A stretch of DNA of 64,000 nucleotides from Eukaryota sp. TZLM1-RC (GCA_040285825.1 JAUPSS010000002.1:372001-436000), one strand, 5' to 3'. Counted from the stretch's first letter, positions 37,315-49,503 are shown. Notes: generated from the sequence alone by a model not told the origin. Numbers and translations: made by a program.

Positions 37315-38800
37315 GGACTGTACCGGTTGAGGCGTCGGTGGTAGAGCAGCATAAGTTACAGTTTGTGGAGGGCCAGTAGTGGGGTCATGAACTGAGGGAG
37401 TAATAGAAAGAAGTTGAAAGATTACAGGGGAGTCCTAAAGCTCGGAAAAGAAAATAAGTGAGGAAAATAAGAACCTAGTTTATGAAGTGAGGGGAAAGTG
37501 TGGGAATAGTGAAAACCTTTCGAAACCACGTTCAGGGTTAAAAACCTCCCAGAACAGGCAACCAGAAGTCGAAAATGGGGTGAAAAGTGTAAAATTTGAT
37601 AGATGAGCTCTTTATTCTTATTACATGTCAGACACCCACTCTGTGTCACGTGTATTCAGTCGGTCTGGTGCACTTAACTCGCTGCTGACCCCTACAGCGG
37701 TGCAACAAATTCGGACTGACCTTCCTTTGGTCACCGAGATTTGTCATGAAGCTTCTTTATTGCTTCAATCTTTTCTTCTAAATTTTCTGTTGGCATCTAG
37801 AGATTTAGGGGAACAGGATGTATGGTATCTGTTTATGACCGTCATCACCACTGATTCTTTTACAAAGCCTTTCACATCTAAAGGCCAACATTCAATTACT
37901 CCATATCTTTTACAGTGGATTTCTTCCTGAATGCCCACAAGACAGGTCTCTTGTTTCTTCATGGGAAAATTCTTTGGTGTTTTATAGAAATTCATTCAAT
38001 TTTTTTCTCAATGCTTGGCTGCAGTCTCAGAATTGTAATTTTATCAATACAAAAGGACTTTGACCTTACCTTGCTTGTCGGGCTCGTCAATTGGCGTCTA
38101 ACGTGAAAACAAGTTTACCTAAAATTTGTCAATCCTGGACAAAAAACTTTATTCGTGCTCATTGTAGAGCTCTAGATAAAACAAATGTCTTTGCCAATAA
38201 CATTCTCTCTCTTTTGCCAGATAAATCATTAGCCCAACCCGAGGAAGTAGTTGTTGATTCTGTTCTTGAACACTACATCAATTTCAATCTGAATAATTCA
38301 AGAGAAAGATTCTTTTTATTAAATGCATGTAAGTTTATCTTGAATCCCGTGAAAGAAAGCCCCGTCGAAGACGTAGACATCCAGTCGAAATTTTACCTGA
38401 AAAGCCCCTTATTGGTGTTGATCTGGGCAAATCAAGATTATGTGGTTACTTCTTAGATGATAATCAATGTGGAGTTATCCCTTGTCCAGAAAATGGTTGT
38501 GTTATCAAAAGGACGTGAAGCACTTGTCAACCAGTGAATTTAATACATGCAAACTGTCAAGTTGTTGCATGGCCGAGAATATTCAAGCAGGCTCATGGCA
38601 GATGCGTATTTGTACTGAGTGTCAAATAGTATATGACAGAGATATTTCCGCTGCAAAAAATATTCAAATTAAGAAGAAAGCGGAATTGTGACCGGAAAGA
38701 TACATTTGCCCAGATGCTCTGTTAAGGAAATGAATGGGGATCCTGAGCATACGGAAACAAAAACTTTTTAAAAACTGATATTTTATTTTGAGTTATTTCA

Positions 38801-40243
38801 AAATAATTGATGGTTCTTTCAGATTTAAATATTGAAAAACATCTTAAATTTTTCTTAATCAGAATATGTTATTCAGGGAAATTTACTCATGTTTTACGAT
38901 AAACATCACCATCTATATCTCTCAAATTTTGCAGAATTTTTAATGAATTAAGAACAAAATATTTGGCTAATTTGCTCGATATTGATTCTTCTTTTTTACG
39001 TAGTCATATTTTTTGTAGCACAGAATTGGGAGGTTTGGATTTTCACAAATCAAAATATTCGTGTAAAGCCGCATTCATCGGTGGAGGAAAAAATTTCGTT
39101 TTTGAATTTTTGAAACGTTTTTTTGAAAACCAGCATTTAATAGAATGTTGTGTTAGTGACTATTTAGTGTCCTTGCAGAGTGAAATTGAATGCATCTCTC
39201 CTCACATATGGTCCAAATGCTTTCCTGCTGATATTCAAGAAATTCCACCCAGGAGTTTGATTTCCTTGAAATTTGCATATGCTAAATTGCAGAAAAAGAT
39301 ATTAAAAGTTTTTGAAAACTTGGATTTCACTGTTCGTCTTAGCTTGGCTAAAGAAAAGAATCCCGTTTTTGCAAACTTTTTAATTGACCTCAAGGATAGT
39401 AGCTCAAGTTGTCTTATTTCCCAGATTCCAAATGTATATGGTCTATTATTAAATGATCATCAATGGACAACTGCTTTCAGGATGAGGTGTTTTCTGTGGC
39501 CATGTAGTGTGCCAAATGATTTGATTTGTCGTTGTGGTCAGCTCATTAATCTGAATCATTTATTTAATTGCAAATTTAATATTACCTATCGCTCAGTAGT
39601 TCACGATGCTGTTAGAGACCAACTATACGCTATGTGCAAAAGTCATAACATTGAAGCTTTTGTTGAACCACTTGTGCGAAGGTTGTCATCTGAAAATGAA
39701 GATGAAAATACTTTTGGGAAACGCCGTGCTGATTTAATTACCCCTGGGTCTGATGGTGTTATTAAAGTTGTTGATGTTGTCACTGTTGATGTTTGTAAAG
39801 ACTCAGCAATTGATTTTGCTAAAAGAGATGAAACTCCACTTTGCTTTGCTGAAAAGAGCAAAATCAAAAAGTACAATGAACCCTTATCTCAGCTGGGACG
39901 TGTTGAGCATGTCAAGTATCAGTTGGTTTCATTTGCTGTTTCTCTTTTTGGTAACATTGGAATATCTGGCATTCAATTTCTTGAAGGTTTCAGAAGTTTA
40001 ATAAAAGAAAGAGCAGGAAAAGAATTGAACTTCAATTTCTGGCACAATAGAATTGTTTTTGGTATTCTTAAAGCAATTCCAGAAATGTTGACCAAAGCAC
40101 TGTTACAATTAGGAATAGAGTATGAAAATCGCGCGCTCAAAAGATTTGATGATGTTGATGCATGTATTGAGGATATTGAGTTCTAGTTTTTTGTTTGATG
40201 TTTTGTTAGCGTTGAAAATAAATTTCAAATCGATGAAAAAAAA
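38801..40243 (+). mobile_element. Non-LTR family B 3' part inserted just downstream of the Fanzor ORF
   Basis: 407-aa ORF 38963-40186 ending ACIEDIEF; poly-A; TSD AGTTATTTCA at 38791-38800 and 40244-40253. Confidence 0.92.
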
Positions 40244-40253
40244 AGTTATTTCA

Positions 40254-40499
40254 GAAACTGAAACTTTTGAGACCGATCTACAAATGCCTTAGTAGCATTT
40301 GGTAGATCCACTTAGATACATCAAGTCGCGAGGCTTTGTTCTGTGAAAGCAGTAGGTGAGGTAGCCCATTGATGAAGATCATGATTGTCTTTGTCAAATG
40401 ATGCTACATGTCTCCTACAGCCAGTGAGTAGACATTGAGAAAGTTGAAAACAGGAATGAATTTCACAGGGGAATGCATGATAAATGAAATTCACAGTAG
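40254..40499 (+). ncRNA. Putative omega-RNA scaffold of Fanzor A copy 1
   Basis: High identity to 56485-56741; similarity stops sharply after CAGTAG. Confidence 0.7.
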
Positions 40500-40699
40500 A
40501 GTCTAAAACATGTCATCCCACTTTTCTGAAAGCAGAACTAATTAGAAGAATTCTCTAATTTTAATAACTTTTCTACCCAATTCCTTTATGGTAACTATTC
40601 ACATCATAAAGAAATTGATCACTTCGGTGTTTCATACTACATCAATGACTGCGTAAAGGATTTTGGGATGTAACTCCAATTTGGAGGTTTTTTTTCTAA

Positions 40700-42190
40700 T
40701 AGGATAAAAATCTTTTATCAACACAATGAAATTTTCAAAAAAAAATTGTCTATAGAAAAGTTGGTAAGAAAACTGGCTTTATCAGGACGTTTTGGCTCTG
40801 CTAAACAATGCTTATTTTTTTCCAAATTAGCTGAATGCAATGAGAATACATTGTCACAATTAAATAATCTTCATCCGGAAGAAAGTTTTCAATTGTCCCA
40901 AACCAGATTCAGTTGAATATTGATGGAAAAATCCTGTCAGTGCTTCAGAGGTGTCAAAACTCATTAATCATAGTCCTTCTGGAAAAGCTCCAGGTCCATC
41001 AATGTTAAATTTTGATATGATAGTATCAGCTGTTGGACAATGTCCACAAATTGTTGATATTCTCGTCCATCTCTTCAACAAACTTTTGACCCTGAAAATA
41101 AAAGTTCCGCATGAGATGACTAATTCTCGTTTACTTTCCCTCAAAAAAATCTATCAAAAACTTGTGCAATTGCAATAGGAGAGTCGTTTGCCAAAATTCT
41201 TGCTTCTTTGGTTTTCAATAGAATTGGAAAAATAACCAAAGAATTTTTTAGTCCTTTTTTAATTTGGAATCAAGACAATTGATGGTGCTTCTGCTGCTGT
41301 TCTTTCGTCTGATGTTTTCATCAATTCTAATAATTCTAATTGCATATCTAATTTAGATTTTAAAGATGCTTTTACTTCTGTATCCCGTTCTTCTATTTTC
41401 TTTTTATTGCCAAAGCATTTTCCCACAGTTGAGTCCTTTTTCTATTCTTTTTATGAAAAATCATCAACACTGGTCTACGAAAATTTTGACCTGCTTTCTT
41501 CATTATGTGTTAAACAGGGTGATCGTTTTGCTACTTTTTTCTTTTGTTTGGCGATTCATCCATTGATGTAAGAATTAAAACAAAAATTTCCAGAAATTGA
41601 TATTGCAGCATATATGGATGACATTTCTGTCATTGCTCCTATTGCAGTTCTCAAAGAAACAGCAACTTTTATTCAACAGCGTTATGAAGATATTGGTCTT
41701 TCATTAAGTATTGCCAAATGTTTGATTATTAGCCATGAACCAATTTTTTTTCATTAATAACATGAAGGTCCCTTTTATCAGTTACGATCAGTCTGGTTTT
41801 CCGTTTTTGGAATGCTACCTTGAAAATAGTGATGGTGTCAAGAGCCAACTTTCAAATTTGTTGACTCAAGCAGGATATGAATTACAATCCATTGAGAATT
41901 TAAATATTGAAAAACATTAAAAATTCTTTTTTTCTTAGGGTATGTTATTCTGGTAAGTTTACACATATTTTGAGATCAACATCACCGTCAATTTTTTTGG
42001 AATTTTGTCGTATTTTCAATGAATAAACAACCAATTTTTAGCCCGATTAATAGAAATTGATGCATCAATTACAAAGTCTCATTTTCTGTGGTACGAATCT
42101 TGGTGGAGTTGATTTTCATAAATCAAGCTACCATTGTAAAGCATATTGGAGGTGGTAAAAATTTTGTCTTTGAATTTGTGAATCTCATCA
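40700..42190 (+). pseudogene. Degenerate non-LTR family B (RT region)
   Basis: PSGKAPGPS pre-RT motif, YMDD; homologous to 13550-14470. Confidence 0.85.
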
Positions 42191-42192
42191 TT

Positions 42193-42553
42193 TTTTTTAA
42201 AATTTAATTTTATTCTAAACCTATAAATCAACATCTAAAAAATCCATCTCTCCCAAAACAAAAACACTAGATGCAACTCTCTCATAGTGAGATCCAAGAG
42301 AAAGCAAAGCATCAGAAACCATCTTCAACATCCCCTTAAAAATAGAAAACACAATTCTATTTTGCCAAAACAATCTGTTGAAATTTCTGCCAGATCTTCT
42401 CTTTACAATCATTTCAAAATCATCCAAAAAACGTAAAGCAGTTGGTGCAAGTGAACCAAAAAGGGAAAATAGAAATGGATACAAATTGTATTTTGCATGC
42501 TGTAGACTGGCCAATTTGGACAAAGGTTCATTGTATTTTTTGAATTTAAAAAA
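42193..42553 (-). mobile_element. Short 5'-truncated non-LTR family A copy
   Basis: Ends VLGEMDFLDVDL; TSD GAATCTCATCATT at 42180-42192 and 42554-42566. Confidence 0.9.
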
Positions 42554-43053
42554 GAATCTCATCATTGAATATGTTTGGAGACTTATGCTGTGTCAACAAT
42601 ATTAGCTCATAACGAATTAATCAAGCACAATCGTTATGATCCCTTGGTACTCAAAATGAATAAATTTTTGAAATCTAAAAGAAGAAAAACGGTAAGATTC
42701 AATGGTTTTGCTATTTCTCTGAATTGACGATTAAGACCTGAGGCTTTTCTACTACAGGCTCTTTTTCATAGTTAGTTATCTCGTCTCCATTCATAACTTC
42801 TTGGATTCTACAAGACGCCACCTTTTGGAGGAACGACAATGGTTGAACTAATATTGAACTGAATATTTACTTAGTGGTCTGTATGGTGGAGTGAATCACA
42901 GTAAAAATCAACTCTATACTCAACTTTTAGAAAAGAACAAGAACAATATTTATTCCCATATCTTTAAAAAGGCAAAATCTTGCATTATCAGATAAATTAA
43001 ACCAGCTTATAAATAAATAAATTAAATCAATAATAGCTATAACTTTGAAAAAA

Positions 43054-44637
43054 TCACACCCTTCCCATTTTCCTTGGGGTTTGACCCCCTTTTTTCCTTT
43101 TTCCGGATGCTGGCTGGCTAATCATTTGCTCTGTCCTGTAATGATGAGTATAAAGCCACAAATGATGAGCCGAGTCGTACTTCATGCAAGGATCCGATTC
43201 ACCTTGAAGACGATCCAAAGCGCCAGAAACAACGTTTCTAGCGGCTTCTTCTGTTCCCTTCACATACTGTGAAGGCAACAATAAAGCTACAACATCGCTC
43301 CTAGTCCCCATGCCATTCGGAAGACGAGCAGCAGCGTCCCTGACACAAGAGACCACTGTGACGTGTTGTGGCCTATCAGTATGGAGGAAAGAGTGCTCCT
43401 TAGCCTTTGGTCCAGCACTGGCCCTGGACCCCGCCTTCACAGCAGGAGAAACAGGAAAGCGATCACCCCTGATGACAAAAGTAAAAGAAGAAAAGGGCAT
43501 TGAATACCGCTCAACCTCTTGCCATTGGTATTCTCTTGATAGCTCATGATCATAATACTCAATGGTTTGAGGACTCTTTGTTTTCAATGCTTCAAATGGC
43601 ATTCTGGTAAAGTTCTCAGAGACCGGCACAGGCGGTTCAGCCAGCGCAGAACAACATCGACCAATAAAGTCAACGTGGAGCTTGGCCATAAACTGCTGGC
43701 TTGGGGGTTCTACAGGTCCGACCCATTTCCATGGAGCTCCTGGCTGCAAGGAAGACCTCTCTACCCATTTAACGTACATTATAGAAGGTGGAGGAGATGA
43801 CAGATAGAAGAGAGCCATTCGAGCCACTTCTTCTGGCTTATAATGATTTGGCCTAGTTCTATCATTGTTTAGGTTGGCAACAATTTCAGGTTTTTGACAA
43901 ACAAAAGCAACCAATGGTTCGAGTGGACATGAATGGTTTGGGAGGGAGAGTAGGGTGTCTCTAACAGCGACTATGAAGGATGCAGGGTAGGTTGCTTGTA
44001 GTTGATCAAAATCAAACGACATTTGTGACTTTAATAAATCAACAATAGAGACTTTGGGTTCTTCTTTTACAGATTTCTTTTGTGGCACAACTGGTTCTGA
44101 TGGTCTTACAGGGGGTGGAACAAGTAGCTTGTGTTTCGTGTCATAAACACTTATTAACAGATTGAGATGGTTACCTCTACATCGTTGTCTGTACAGCTGT
44201 TCTTGCATTTCTAACATTCGATGGCGAGACTTGGCGACTCGGGGATGGTATAAGCCACCTCGAAGTCTATTAAAGAAGGAAGTTAACAGAGAATTGCCGA
44301 AACAAAGAAGTGAATCAGATAAGAGGAGTTCAGCTGATTCAAGAGCAAGATTTGGGTCTTGGGTACTACCAGGGAGTAGAGGGATGAAAGACCGTTGGAG
44401 ATGTGTGGGGAGTTGTTGGAAAGCATAGAGCAGTACGTCTGATAGTGAGGGTACTTGATAAAGAGCTATTGGTAGATTTAAATTGATAGAGTTTATTATG
44501 GCTGGCTCCATATGCATAGGAACATTGTGATGAGGTGGGAGATATTCATCGTCAGAAAAGCTAAACTCATCGGGATCTACGTCTACTTCACGATCTGATA
44601 GAGTAAAAGATTGTACTTGAGGTGCAGTTGCTGACAT
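43054..44637 (-). CDS. NFRKB: NFRKB/INO80G-like protein (DEUBAD + winged-helix region)
   Basis: RP.HVTV.S.VRDAAARLPNG.GTRSDV..LL..SQY, VSGALDRL..E.DPC.KYD..LWLY.H; N-terminal FGN..FF.RLRGGLYHP. Confidence 0.9.
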   Translation of the reverse strand: MSATAPQVQSFTLSDREVDVDPDEFSFSDDEYLPPHHNVPMHMEPAIINSINLNLPIALYQVPSLSDVLLYAFQQLPTHLQRSFIPLLPGSTQDPNLALESAELLLSDSLLCFGNSLLTSFFNRLRGGLYHPRVAKSRHRMLEMQEQLYRQRCRGNHLNLLISVYDTKHKLLVPPPVRPSEPVVPQKKSVKEEPKVSIVDLLKSQMSFDFDQLQATYPASFIVAVRDTLLSLPNHSCPLEPLVAFVCQKPEIVANLNNDRTRPNHYKPEEVARMALFYLSSPPPSIMYVKWVERSSLQPGAPWKWVGPVEPPSQQFMAKLHVDFIGRCCSALAEPPVPVSENFTRMPFEALKTKSPQTIEYYDHELSREYQWQEVERYSMPFSSFTFVIRGDRFPVSPAVKAGSRASAGPKAKEHSFLHTDRPQHVTVVSCVRDAAARLPNGMGTRSDVVALLLPSQYVKGTEEAARNVVSGALDRLQGESDPCMKYDSAHHLWLYTHHYRTEQMISQPASGKRKKGGQTPRKMGRV

Positions 44638-44679
44638 CGGTTGAGATTAAAAACTTTTCAAAACTTGAAGCCTTTCAAA

Positions 44680-44995
44680 GACTTATTTTCAAATTCATTC
44701 ATCCATTTTGTGCCAAACCTCTCTGTGGCCATGAATCTTCTTAGTTTCATGACTCTCAATTCTTTATTAAAGTAAAAAGCTCCAACATAGAGAGAAGAGT
44801 TGCTTTTTGCCTTGCAGTATTATAGGAATTCTTCATGATCTAGAGTTTTCTTTGAAGATTGTATTAGTTGTTCCTACTCCTTTACAGTTTTGTTTTTAAT
44901 AATCCACGTTTTTTTAGCATTTTTATGGAATTATGCATTTTGATGGTCTTTGCTCAGAGTTTCTCTTCTTCTTTGAGGGGCAATAAGCCTAAAAG
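44680..44995 (-). pseudogene. Fanzor family D fragment (canonical Fanzor1-type central region)
   Basis: One frame with three stops: FRLIAPQRRRETLSK...SSKKTLDHEEFL*YCKAK...FYFNKELRVMKLRRFMATERFGTKWMNEF, resembling the Fanzor1 segment between RuvC-I and RuvC-II. Confidence 0.65.
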
Positions 44996-45420
44996 AAAAA
45001 AGCAATAAAAACAAGTGGTCTATTTCTATCAGCTTTAGCTTCTTCGATATCTTTGTCATATTTTCTATGTTTCTCTTTATCTTTAAATTCAAGAGCAGCA
45101 ACAGGATTAAGTTTTCTTCTTTGAACCAAAGTGTCATTTGCAACATTACAGGAGACATAATCATCAGCAACTTCAGAGTTCTCAATCCAATCACAGTAAA
45201 TAACAACTCTATCATCAGAACCAAAATTATTCAATGACAATGCTCTTTAATACATGAGATTCTTGCATTTCTTGCCAAATTAAAAACAATCTCCCTGTCA
45301 GCATTATGTAATGAAGAACGATAAGTTATCAGTTTAAGACATATTAAGCATAATGTAAGGTGAGCTGTGAGGATTTCGAACATATACATGCTTCTTTTAA
45401 TAGAAGTTGGTCAATTGGAT
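44996..45420 (-). pseudogene. Non-LTR family C fragment
   Basis: SLNNFGSDDR..CDWIENSE..KHRKYDKDIEEA. Confidence 0.85.
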
Positions 45421-45905
45421 TGTTCAGATATAATCTCGGTTTTGCAACAAGAGCTTCAAATCGAGAATCGAATTAAAGAGAATAGAGAGATGGTAATTAC
45501 ATCATACCTACAAGTATTTCTGCCTTTTGATATTAGACCAGTCGATTCGTGTAAGATATCAGTCACATATCAGCGCGTTCCACCGATGATCGCCAAGCAG
45601 TAGTAGCTTTCAACTTGATTGATGAGAATTATAAACATGAATCATAAGTGACTTGACCTTGATAATGCATAAGTAAACCACTTGACTTGAACAAATTTCA
45701 AATAATTTGACATCAGTATATTTATTGGTCTATACAGAGTAAGTAATTAATTAAGAATAAAATTACAGGAATTCTAATCATGAAGATTCACTTTTAATAT
45801 AGCATTCAATTTATTAATAATTTTTTCAATTTATTATTTAATATTAGTCACTAAAGTTATAATACATATAGATGGAACAGCACAAAACCATTTTTAAACT
45901 TAATC

Positions 45906-48491
45906 CTAAAATTTCAACCATTTTACATCAGAATTTGAACAAATAATCAAGTAACCATTAATAGTCTCCAGCAGATGCTTATTGGCAACAAGTGACATTT
46001 CAATAGCATATTTACCAGGATCTAAATCAAAATAAATAACTTGCTTTCCGCGATTTTCAATCAAATCAGATTCACTGGCCAGAGTTTGAATAGTAATTTT
46101 AAACTCAATATTGTCTGTACAATAAAAGCAGCCCTGGCTATGAGACAAACAGTCGATCTCTGTGATTAAGGTGGAACTTTTTGAAAAATTAAAATGCCTG
46201 CAAAAATAAACATCATAAAAATGAATTCGTTCAATTTCAATTTCAAAATTATCTTCAGAAAAAATTAATAAATTACCATTCAAATTGAATGGAACACTTG
46301 AAACTTGAACAGACATATTACTTTGAGATGGGATTGTTAAAATTTTATCGGCATCAAGAAAGTGTTTGTTACAACAACTCAAATGATCAATGCCGCCATG
46401 GTTAGTAAAAGGGGTGCTAGTCTTCACCAACAACTTTGAATTTGCAAAATTTTTAAGCTGGAATCTGGGATAAAAAAGACGCCAAATTAATTCCAAATTA
46501 ATAAAGTCGAAAAAATGAAATGAGGAAAGGTCAATCAAGGGCAATTCAAAGTTACCATTGAAGTACACGGAACTAATAGGTTCGGGGTTAAAGTGAAACA
46601 AATTTTCCTGAGAATAACAGAATTTTAAAGAAAAATTAACATTGCACTTAAATAAACTTGAAACAGAAATGATGGTTTTACCTGGTTTAATTAAAAGAAA
46701 AGTAATCAAATTTGATTGAATGAGCTCATCATAAGGGTCACAATACACCAAACTTTCCAGAATTGAATACTTTTCACCCAGACAAGTTGCGGAAACTTTG
46801 ATCGGATCATAAAAAAGTTTTCCCTTTTCATCAAGAAAGCCTGAAATATTTACCACACAAACAACATACTCACTAGATTCAACCAAGAATACAGCATCAG
46901 GAATTAAATCAAAACCAGAGCAATCCAAATCAAATTCAAAATATTTAGATTTAGATTCAGTATTAAAATGAAGTAGAGAAAAAAGATCAACATCGTCTTT
47001 TTTTAATTTCCTTTCCAATAAATCACGAGGGTGGGTTCTATAATTGGAATAAAGGGTGATGTCATCACCATCAATCAACACGTCATAAACACGTGATCTA
47101 TCAACAGCAACTGTTTTAAAATCAATCCAATCAAATGATTGAAGTATATTGACCTTTTCTATGTCATTGACACGTTGCATGACGTGACCAGTTACCGTGA
47201 ACATCAGAGCTTCTACTGTGAACTGCTTCAATACTCCAAAATTCCCATACAACGAAGCAATTCCCTTTTCAATAAGAGCACAACATAGAACTGGTGAACC
47301 TTCATCGGTATAAGCAATAGAAAGAGCGGGGTGGTTGGTGGATGTGACCGGAAGCACGTTATCAATCAAAAAAGATTGGCGACTTCCAAGAGAGTCAAAT
47401 AAAACAAGATTGGATGACTGAGAGCAATAGTCTTGGAAAATCAAGCAATCAATCATTAATTTTGAGCTAACCACGTATCCAATGACAGAAACGGCTTGAC
47501 TACTAGAAAGTCTTCCCTGTTCTATCAAATATGACCTTCTCGACGTATCACTGAGTAACTGACAAGCCAAATGGGCTCTACTCTTACTGTGAACTTCTGC
47601 TACAGTTGGTAATCCTAAATTAACTGATTGATTAGAACTCAATTCTTTGTGAACAGACCTAGTTGATCGATGCACGGGTGATCTAGAAATTCTGGGGGAA
47701 GCTGAAACTGGTCTAGAAGGAGAGGAAATAGGGTCAGGGTTGGGGTCAGGGTTGGGGTTTGATTCAACCAAAGCGCATTTCAACTCCACTGCCTCGCCTA
47801 CAATAACCGTTGCATCTTCACTTCTTTTGTATCTCATTCTGTTGCAGACACTGGGATTCTTAGTCAATGGATTAACCAACAGATGCTGATTTGAAAACAC
47901 CTCTTCAAGTTTGGCCAGAAAGAATGAGCAAACAAGAGAGAATCCTGCAGTAGAAGACTCAGAGTCCCTGGCAAAGGTTCGAAATAAATCCAGTATTCGA
48001 TCACCATTCAGCAATAGATTTTGAGACAGTAGGGGAGGGGGGTCAGAAAAAGGACGGAAGCAAGTGACGAGGGTAGAGAGACGTTGATAAAGAGAAAGAA
48101 GGAAAGGGTGGGGCAGGGTTGAGGTTGTTAGTTTGTACAAAAGGGAGACAATTAGTTGCCGATCATGATTCCATGATGGGGTGATGAATGATGGTTTAAT
48201 TGAGCAAAGGAGGATTACTATTGCCGAAGCATGGGATAAGTCACAATCAGTGTTGAGTAGTGAAAACCAGTGTTTGGAAAAGTTTTGGAACTGAGGACGA
48301 AAACATGCAGGAAGTAGACTCTTCTGTAGCTTTAATACAAGGTGTGGAACATCAGGAATAGAAGAGAGGGAAGACAGCCAGACTGATTCATATGAAGTCC
48401 AGGCAGCCACAAAAGAACTTGAGGGAAGGGACCTATGACAATGTAGTAACAGCTCTGTGTTGATCATTCTACGAAATAAGTGCCCCTGCAT
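45906..48491 (-). CDS. Hypothetical protein (861 aa)
   Basis: Long uninterrupted ORF; no domain recognised. Confidence 0.8.
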   Translation of the reverse strand: MQGHLFRRMINTELLLHCHRSLPSSSFVAAWTSYESVWLSSLSSIPDVPHLVLKLQKSLLPACFRPQFQNFSKHWFSLLNTDCDLSHASAIVILLCSIKPSFITPSWNHDRQLIVSLLYKLTTSTLPHPFLLSLYQRLSTLVTCFRPFSDPPPLLSQNLLLNGDRILDLFRTFARDSESSTAGFSLVCSFFLAKLEEVFSNQHLLVNPLTKNPSVCNRMRYKRSEDATVIVGEAVELKCALVESNPNPDPNPDPISSPSRPVSASPRISRSPVHRSTRSVHKELSSNQSVNLGLPTVAEVHSKSRAHLACQLLSDTSRRSYLIEQGRLSSSQAVSVIGYVVSSKLMIDCLIFQDYCSQSSNLVLFDSLGSRQSFLIDNVLPVTSTNHPALSIAYTDEGSPVLCCALIEKGIASLYGNFGVLKQFTVEALMFTVTGHVMQRVNDIEKVNILQSFDWIDFKTVAVDRSRVYDVLIDGDDITLYSNYRTHPRDLLERKLKKDDVDLFSLLHFNTESKSKYFEFDLDCSGFDLIPDAVFLVESSEYVVCVVNISGFLDEKGKLFYDPIKVSATCLGEKYSILESLVYCDPYDELIQSNLITFLLIKPGKTIISVSSLFKCNVNFSLKFCYSQENLFHFNPEPISSVYFNGNFELPLIDLSSFHFFDFINLELIWRLFYPRFQLKNFANSKLLVKTSTPFTNHGGIDHLSCCNKHFLDADKILTIPSQSNMSVQVSSVPFNLNGNLLIFSEDNFEIEIERIHFYDVYFCRHFNFSKSSTLITEIDCLSHSQGCFYCTDNIEFKITIQTLASESDLIENRGKQVIYFDLDPGKYAIEMSLVANKHLLETINGYLIICSNSDVKWLKF

Positions 48492-48581
48492 AGTAGAGAC
48501 TTTTATATTTGATTTGATTCCAGAATCAATCCTGTATTCTCAACAGATTACCACTATTTGACATTTTTGTGCTATTAGCAG

Positions 48582-49370
48582 ATGTCCAAACATAAACAAC
48601 AGAAAATAACGGATATGTTCTCTCCTGTTCGAACACGCAGTCGGTCGAGTCGCACAGCTCCAGCTACACCCATTACATCTTTACCTGATGACCCTGTGAT
48701 TATCGATACATCCCCTTCTCCTAAAGAAAAATCATCAGATGTAGAATTTATTGATAATGACATTCCTACACCTTCTATAGTAAAATCACCACCACCTAAA
48801 CCCAGGAGGGCAAATACTGCTAAAACATCTTCTGCACCCCCTAAAAAACGGGGTAGAAAGCCCAAGAAGAAGGAATTATGTAGTGAAGAAGACCCACCTC
48901 CAAATGACCGCAGCCTGGATCTAAGACAACTGGATCAATCCGGGAAGCAATACAACAAAAACAAAAGAAACACATGCCAATATTCGCTTTCAAGTCTTCT
49001 CGATGATGAACCTCTCATCAATCTAACCAAGGATCAACCGTCAGGTCCATTAGTTATTGATTCTTCGTGTCGATTGGTTCGTCCTTCAAATCCTTCTGAT
49101 TTAATCCACAGAATAAGTTGTTCCCTATCATTGCTTAAAAGTATATGTGATTCACATAATTCATTACAAATCACTAGTGTTTTGATTAAATTAACCTGCC
49201 TTGACCCTCAGCTGGTTACACAGTTTTCACCATTAGTCGAGAGGTTTTTAACTGACCAATCAAGTGAAGATGATCTGATTGAAGAACTGAAGAAACTTGA
49301 AGGTTTATTCTTTTTAGAAACCAAGGTTCCTTCCATAGATGAGGGACCTTTTGTTGGACTTTTTGGATAA
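48582..49370 (+). CDS. Hypothetical nuclear protein with AT-hook-like and PIP-box-like motifs
   Basis: KKRGRKPKK; N-terminal KQQKITDMF; divergent from the previous gene across 90 bp. Confidence 0.7.
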   Translation: MSKHKQQKITDMFSPVRTRSRSSRTAPATPITSLPDDPVIIDTSPSPKEKSSDVEFIDNDIPTPSIVKSPPPKPRRANTAKTSSAPPKKRGRKPKKKELCSEEDPPPNDRSLDLRQLDQSGKQYNKNKRNTCQYSLSSLLDDEPLINLTKDQPSGPLVIDSSCRLVRPSNPSDLIHRISCSLSLLKSICDSHNSLQITSVLIKLTCLDPQLVTQFSPLVERFLTDQSSEDDLIEELKKLEGLFFLETKVPSIDEGPFVGLFG

Positions 49371-49503
49371 TATTTCTATATAATTTATTTTTAGGTTTTG
49401 TTTTATAATTTTATTTGAAAAATTTGAAATTGATATGAATTATTTATTTTACAAATTTATTTATTTTATATTTACAATGACTAAAACTTAAATTCCAAGT
49501 AAG

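Larger units (their letters stand above)
37473..40499 (+). mobile_element. Fanzor family A, internally deleted copy with both ends, interrupted by a non-LTR insertion
   Basis: Collinear with 54345-56741 from acctagtttatgaa to aattcacagtag; two large internal deletions and frameshifts. Confidence 0.92.

Noticed and set aside
42880-42905. ggagtgaatcacagtaa resembling the family A right end
   Set aside because: No terminal TAG or supporting hairpin; could be chance.
47720-47760. Telomere-like GGGTCAGGGTTG repeats
   Set aside because: They encode the PNPDPNPDP low-complexity segment of the 861-aa ORF.
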